Shown: in pieces, positions 60,605 through 64,000 of the stretch | Position numbering within the stretch: position 1 is the first letter of the stretch | How the letters are laid out: the number at the start of each line of letters is the position of its first letter | The notes under the pieces: model-generated | What the model was told of the DNA's origin: nothing | What the model saw: the letters and a program-made list of their open reading frames with translations, nothing else | Databases searched by the model: none | Made by a program: the position numbers and the translations under genes | DNA from: Patescibacteria group bacterium | GTDB taxonomy: Bacteria > Patescibacteriota > Patescibacteriia > Buchananbacterales > UBA6539 | Assembly: GCA_041649675.1 (NCBI GenBank) | Contig: JBAZMQ010000007.1 | Coordinates: 2,948 to 66,947 of the forward strand | Length of the DNA stretch: 64,000 nucleotides | Reading direction: 5' to 3'

Positions 60605-60955
60605 CTACTTACTATCGCCCGTCAATTCATCAATTTTTTCTAAAACACCATCCAAATTTTCATTCAATTCATTATTCCAAAATCTAACAATTTTGTAACC
60701 CTGGCTTTCTAAATACCTATCCCTAATAATATCAGATTTACTTTGTTTAGTTTCACTGTGTTGACCACCGTCCAACTCAATAACCAATTTCTTCTCAAAA
60801 CAGCAAAAATCAACGATGTATTTGCCTATCGGATACTGCCTTCTGAATTTTAAATCCTTAAATCTCTTATTTCGCAGCCAGTACCAGAGTTTATTTTCGT
60901 AGGGCGTCTGATTTTTTCTTAAATTCCTTGCCAAATGAATAAGTCTATTCCTCAT
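60605..60955 (-). CDS. DUF559 endonuclease-domain protein (Vsr-like fold)
   Basis: YPIGKYIVDFCC..LVIELDGGQH..RD..L...GY.I.RFWN motif pattern. Confidence 0.8.
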   Translation of the reverse strand: MRNRLIHLARNLRKNQTPYENKLWYWLRNKRFKDLKFRRQYPIGKYIVDFCCFEKKLVIELDGGQHSETKQSKSDIIRDRYLESQGYKIVRFWNNELNENLDGVLEKIDELTGDSK

Positions 60956-60984
60956 ATTTTTATTATCTTAAGCATGAATCGCTT

Positions 60985-61105
60985 TGATTCCCCTCTCCCT
61001 TGAGGGAGAGGGTTAGGGTGAGGGGGAAAAAATGCACCCTCATCTGTCCCTCACCAATAGCCAAGAATGGACTGTTCGGAACACCTTCTCCCAAAGGGAG
61101 AAGGG
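60985..61105. repeat. cluster of GC-rich perfect hairpins (ccctctccc-ttga-gggagaggg; ccttctccc-aaa-gggagaagg)
   Basis: two perfect 9-bp stems and a third imperfect one between the DUF559 gene and uvrA. Confidence 0.55.
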
Positions 61106-61149
61106 ATACTTAAAATTAGCTTTTTGCCGCAACACCTATTCACTATAAC

Positions 61150-63969
61150 CTACTTCAAAACTTCCTTTAGATACTTGCCCGTATAGCTCCACTTGGCGCT
61201 CTTGGCAATTTTTTCCGGCGTGCCTTCAACAATTATCCGACCGCCTTTATCCCCGCCACCCGGCCCTAAATCAATAATCCAATCACAGGATTTAATTACA
61301 TCTAAATTATGCTCAATTACCAAAACCGTATTGCCTTTGTCCACCAAACGATTTAAAACATCTAGCAGCCGGCTGACATCGGCAAAATGCAAACCGGTTG
61401 TCGGTTCATCCAAAATATACATCGTATTACCACCTTTGCGCGATAATTCAGAAGTCAATTTAATTCTTTGAGCTTCACCGCCGGACAAAGTCGTAGCTGA
61501 TTGACCCAAGGCAATATAGCCTAGACCAACATCATACAAGGTCTGTAACTTGGCCGCGATCGCCGGAATATTTTTAAAAAACTCCAGTGCTTCTTCCACC
61601 GTCATCTCTAAAATTTCAGAGATATTTTTACCTTTGTATTTTACCGCCAAGGTCTCCTGATTATAGCGAGTGCCTTTGCATTTCTCACAAGTAATATAAA
61701 CATCGGGCAAAAAATTCATTTCAATTTTTTTGACTCCCGCGCCTTCACACTCTTCGCAACGACCACCAGCAACATTGAAACTAAACCGACCAGCTTTATA
61801 ACCGCGGGTTTTGGCTTCCGGCGTTTGAACAAACAAATCACGGATTAATGTAAAAACACCAATATAAGTAACTGGATTGGAACGCGGAGTGCGGCCAATT
61901 GGCGATTGGTCAACAATTACTGCCTTGTCCAATTTACCATAACCGCGCATACTTTTATATTGACCTGGCTCTTCGGTTGAAGCCCAAAAAATTTTGTACA
62001 GCGCCTTGTAGAGAATGTCGTTAACCAAAGTACTTTTGCCTGAACCGGAAACTCCGGTCACGCAGGTAAAAACTTTAAGCGGAATTTTAACGTCAATATT
62101 TTTCAAATTATGTTCTTTGGCGCCAATAATTTCCAAATGGTCAAAAGCGTGCCGGCGTTTGGCCGGTATGGCAATAACTTCTTTTCGGGCTAAATATTGG
62201 CCAGTAATTGAATCCGGACATTTTTTAATTTGTTGAGGTGTGCCCGAGCAAACCACTTGACCGCCATAAATACCAGCGCCCGGACCCAAGTCGATGACAT
62301 AATCAGCGTTTAAAATCGTTTCTTCGTCATGTTCCACGACAATGACGGTATTACCTAAGTCACGCAACCGGCGCAAAGTCTCAATTAATTTTTCGTTGTC
62401 GCGCTGGTGCAAACCAATTGAAGGCTCGTCCAAGATATACAATACACCCCGCAATTCCGAACCAATTTGGGTAGCTAGCCTGATACGCTGAGCTTCACCG
62501 CCAGACAGGGTTCTAGCTTCGCGCGATAAGGTTAAATAATCCAAACCAACATTCAATAAAAACTGAAGCCGATCTTTAATTTCCTTTAGGATTAAATCGG
62601 CAATTTGCCGATCCGAAGGATTTAACTCTAATTCAGAAACAAAAGCCAGTAGTTTTTCAATTGATAACTCCGAAACTTCCGAAATATTTTTGCCATTAAT
62701 CTTTACTGCCAAAACTTCGGGTTTTAATCTCTTGCCATGGCAAACCGGACAAGAACCGGTGCGCATAAATTTTTCCATTTCCTGGCGTCGCCAATCCGAT
62801 TCGGTTTGTTTATGTAATCTCTCCAGTTGCGGGACAATGCCTTCAAAGTTGCCAGTCCAGCTGTGGCTCATGCCCCGATCCTGAGACTTAATATCAAACT
62901 TTATCTCTTCATCAGAGCCATGCAAAATAATATGCCTAATTTTTTCCGGTAATTTTTTCCACGGCGTCAATAAATCAAAATGATAATGCTTAGCCAGGCC
63001 ATCCAAAAGCTGTCCCCGCCAACCCTCACCGTAAGTTCGCCAGGGTTTAACCGCCCCTTCGGTCAAAGATAAATTCTGTTCGGGAATAATTAAATTAACG
63101 TCAAAATTTTGGGTAAAACCCAAACCATGGCACTCGGGACAAGCGCCAAACGGCGAATTAAACGAAAACATCCGTGGCTGCATTTCCTCAAAAGAAATGC
63201 CGCAATCGGTACAAGCCCGATGACGGGAAAATATTTTTTCTTCATTACCAATAACTGCTAAAACTAACCCAGCCGCTTGGTCCAAGGCAGTTTCAATCGC
63301 TTCGGTCAGACGGCTGATGACATTGGGTTTGATAATCAAGCGGTCAATCGGCACAGCAATATGATGACTAATCTGTTTTTTTAATTTTATTGATTCCCAA
63401 TCCGACAAATCGTGAAGTTTACCGTCAACTTTAATCTGGGCAAAACCTTTTTGGTGCAACTCTTTGAATAAATTTTCATAAGTGCCTTTGCGGCCGCGCA
63501 CGACTGGCGCCAAAATTTGCAGCTTGCTCCCGGGCTTTAATTTTTGTAAAGTTTCAGCAATTGATTCGGCCGATTGACCGCTGATGATTTTGCCGCACTG
63601 GGGACAATAAGGAACACCGATTCGGGCATAAAGCAAACGCAAATAATCATTAATTTCGGTAATCGTACCAACAGTTGACCGCGGATTTTGTGAAATTGAT
63701 TTTTGCTCAATTGAGATAGCTGGCGACAAACCAGTGATCTTATCCACGTCTGGCTTATTCATTAAACCCAAAAATTGCCGCGCGTAAGCCGACAAGGATT
63801 CAACGTAACGGCGCTGGCCTTCGGCATAAAGGGTATCAAAAGCCAACGTGGATTTGCCCGACCCGGAAAGCCCAGTTAAAACTGTTAGCTTATCAATCGG
63901 GATCTCAACGTTAATATTTTTTAGATTGTGCTCTCTGGCACCCAGGATTTTAATATAATTTTCACTCAT
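61150..63969 (-). CDS. uvrA: excinuclease ABC subunit A
   Basis: two ABC ATPase modules, Zn-finger Cys pairs, signature LSGGEAQRI x2. Confidence 0.95.
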   Translation of the reverse strand: MSENYIKILGAREHNLKNINVEIPIDKLTVLTGLSGSGKSTLAFDTLYAEGQRRYVESLSAYARQFLGLMNKPDVDKITGLSPAISIEQKSISQNPRSTVGTITEINDYLRLLYARIGVPYCPQCGKIISGQSAESIAETLQKLKPGSKLQILAPVVRGRKGTYENLFKELHQKGFAQIKVDGKLHDLSDWESIKLKKQISHHIAVPIDRLIIKPNVISRLTEAIETALDQAAGLVLAVIGNEEKIFSRHRACTDCGISFEEMQPRMFSFNSPFGACPECHGLGFTQNFDVNLIIPEQNLSLTEGAVKPWRTYGEGWRGQLLDGLAKHYHFDLLTPWKKLPEKIRHIILHGSDEEIKFDIKSQDRGMSHSWTGNFEGIVPQLERLHKQTESDWRRQEMEKFMRTGSCPVCHGKRLKPEVLAVKINGKNISEVSELSIEKLLAFVSELELNPSDRQIADLILKEIKDRLQFLLNVGLDYLTLSREARTLSGGEAQRIRLATQIGSELRGVLYILDEPSIGLHQRDNEKLIETLRRLRDLGNTVIVVEHDEETILNADYVIDLGPGAGIYGGQVVCSGTPQQIKKCPDSITGQYLARKEVIAIPAKRRHAFDHLEIIGAKEHNLKNIDVKIPLKVFTCVTGVSGSGKSTLVNDILYKALYKIFWASTEEPGQYKSMRGYGKLDKAVIVDQSPIGRTPRSNPVTYIGVFTLIRDLFVQTPEAKTRGYKAGRFSFNVAGGRCEECEGAGVKKIEMNFLPDVYITCEKCKGTRYNQETLAVKYKGKNISEILEMTVEEALEFFKNIPAIAAKLQTLYDVGLGYIALGQSATTLSGGEAQRIKLTSELSRKGGNTMYILDEPTTGLHFADVSRLLDVLNRLVDKGNTVLVIEHNLDVIKSCDWIIDLGPGGGDKGGRIIVEGTPEKIAKSAKWSYTGKYLKEVLK

Positions 63970-64000
63970 ATGAATATATTTACTAATTTACTCCTCGTCT

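Overview
The window is an AT-rich (about 42-45% GC), small-gene bacterial chromosome segment made up mostly of housekeeping genes. From start to end it carries a MacB/FtsX-type ABC exporter operon, gyrB, a secE-nusG-rplK-rplA cluster with two inserted genes, and a T4-like pyrimidine dNTP-precursor cluster (dCMP deaminase, dNMP kinase, dut, thyA, a DHFR-family gene, tmk). These are followed by gatB, a MiaB-MiaA fusion, a secreted Kazal-domain protein, thrS, dnaE, pheST, a Memo-AMMECR1 fusion, a UvrD-like helicase-nuclease, metG-rsmI-tatD and uvrC/uvrA. The fusions and the AT-rich background suggest a CPR/Patescibacteria-like or similarly reduced lineage (inference). Three things are not explained by standard annotation. 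First, two related MITE-like repeat families with GTCATT(T/C)(C/T)GAG terminal inverted repeats, and a third palindromic 'agct' repeat family, sit in intergenic gaps. Second, heptanucleotide microsatellites occur in intergenic DNA and in-frame inside four conserved genes, where they encode ENRKQKT-like peptides. Third, several GC-rich islands (about 52-58% GC) carry metabolic genes (Gfo/Idh/MocA oxidoreductase, CoA-transferase, FGGY kinase, ASCH) and orphan proteins; two adjacent island genes share a near-identical upstream promoter/UTR sequence. Also notable are a 3' duplication of the gyrB terminus flanking a short inverted-repeat insert, and an orphan GC-rich 319-aa protein of unknown family. 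No rRNA or CRISPR array is present, and no tRNA was recognisable by eye.
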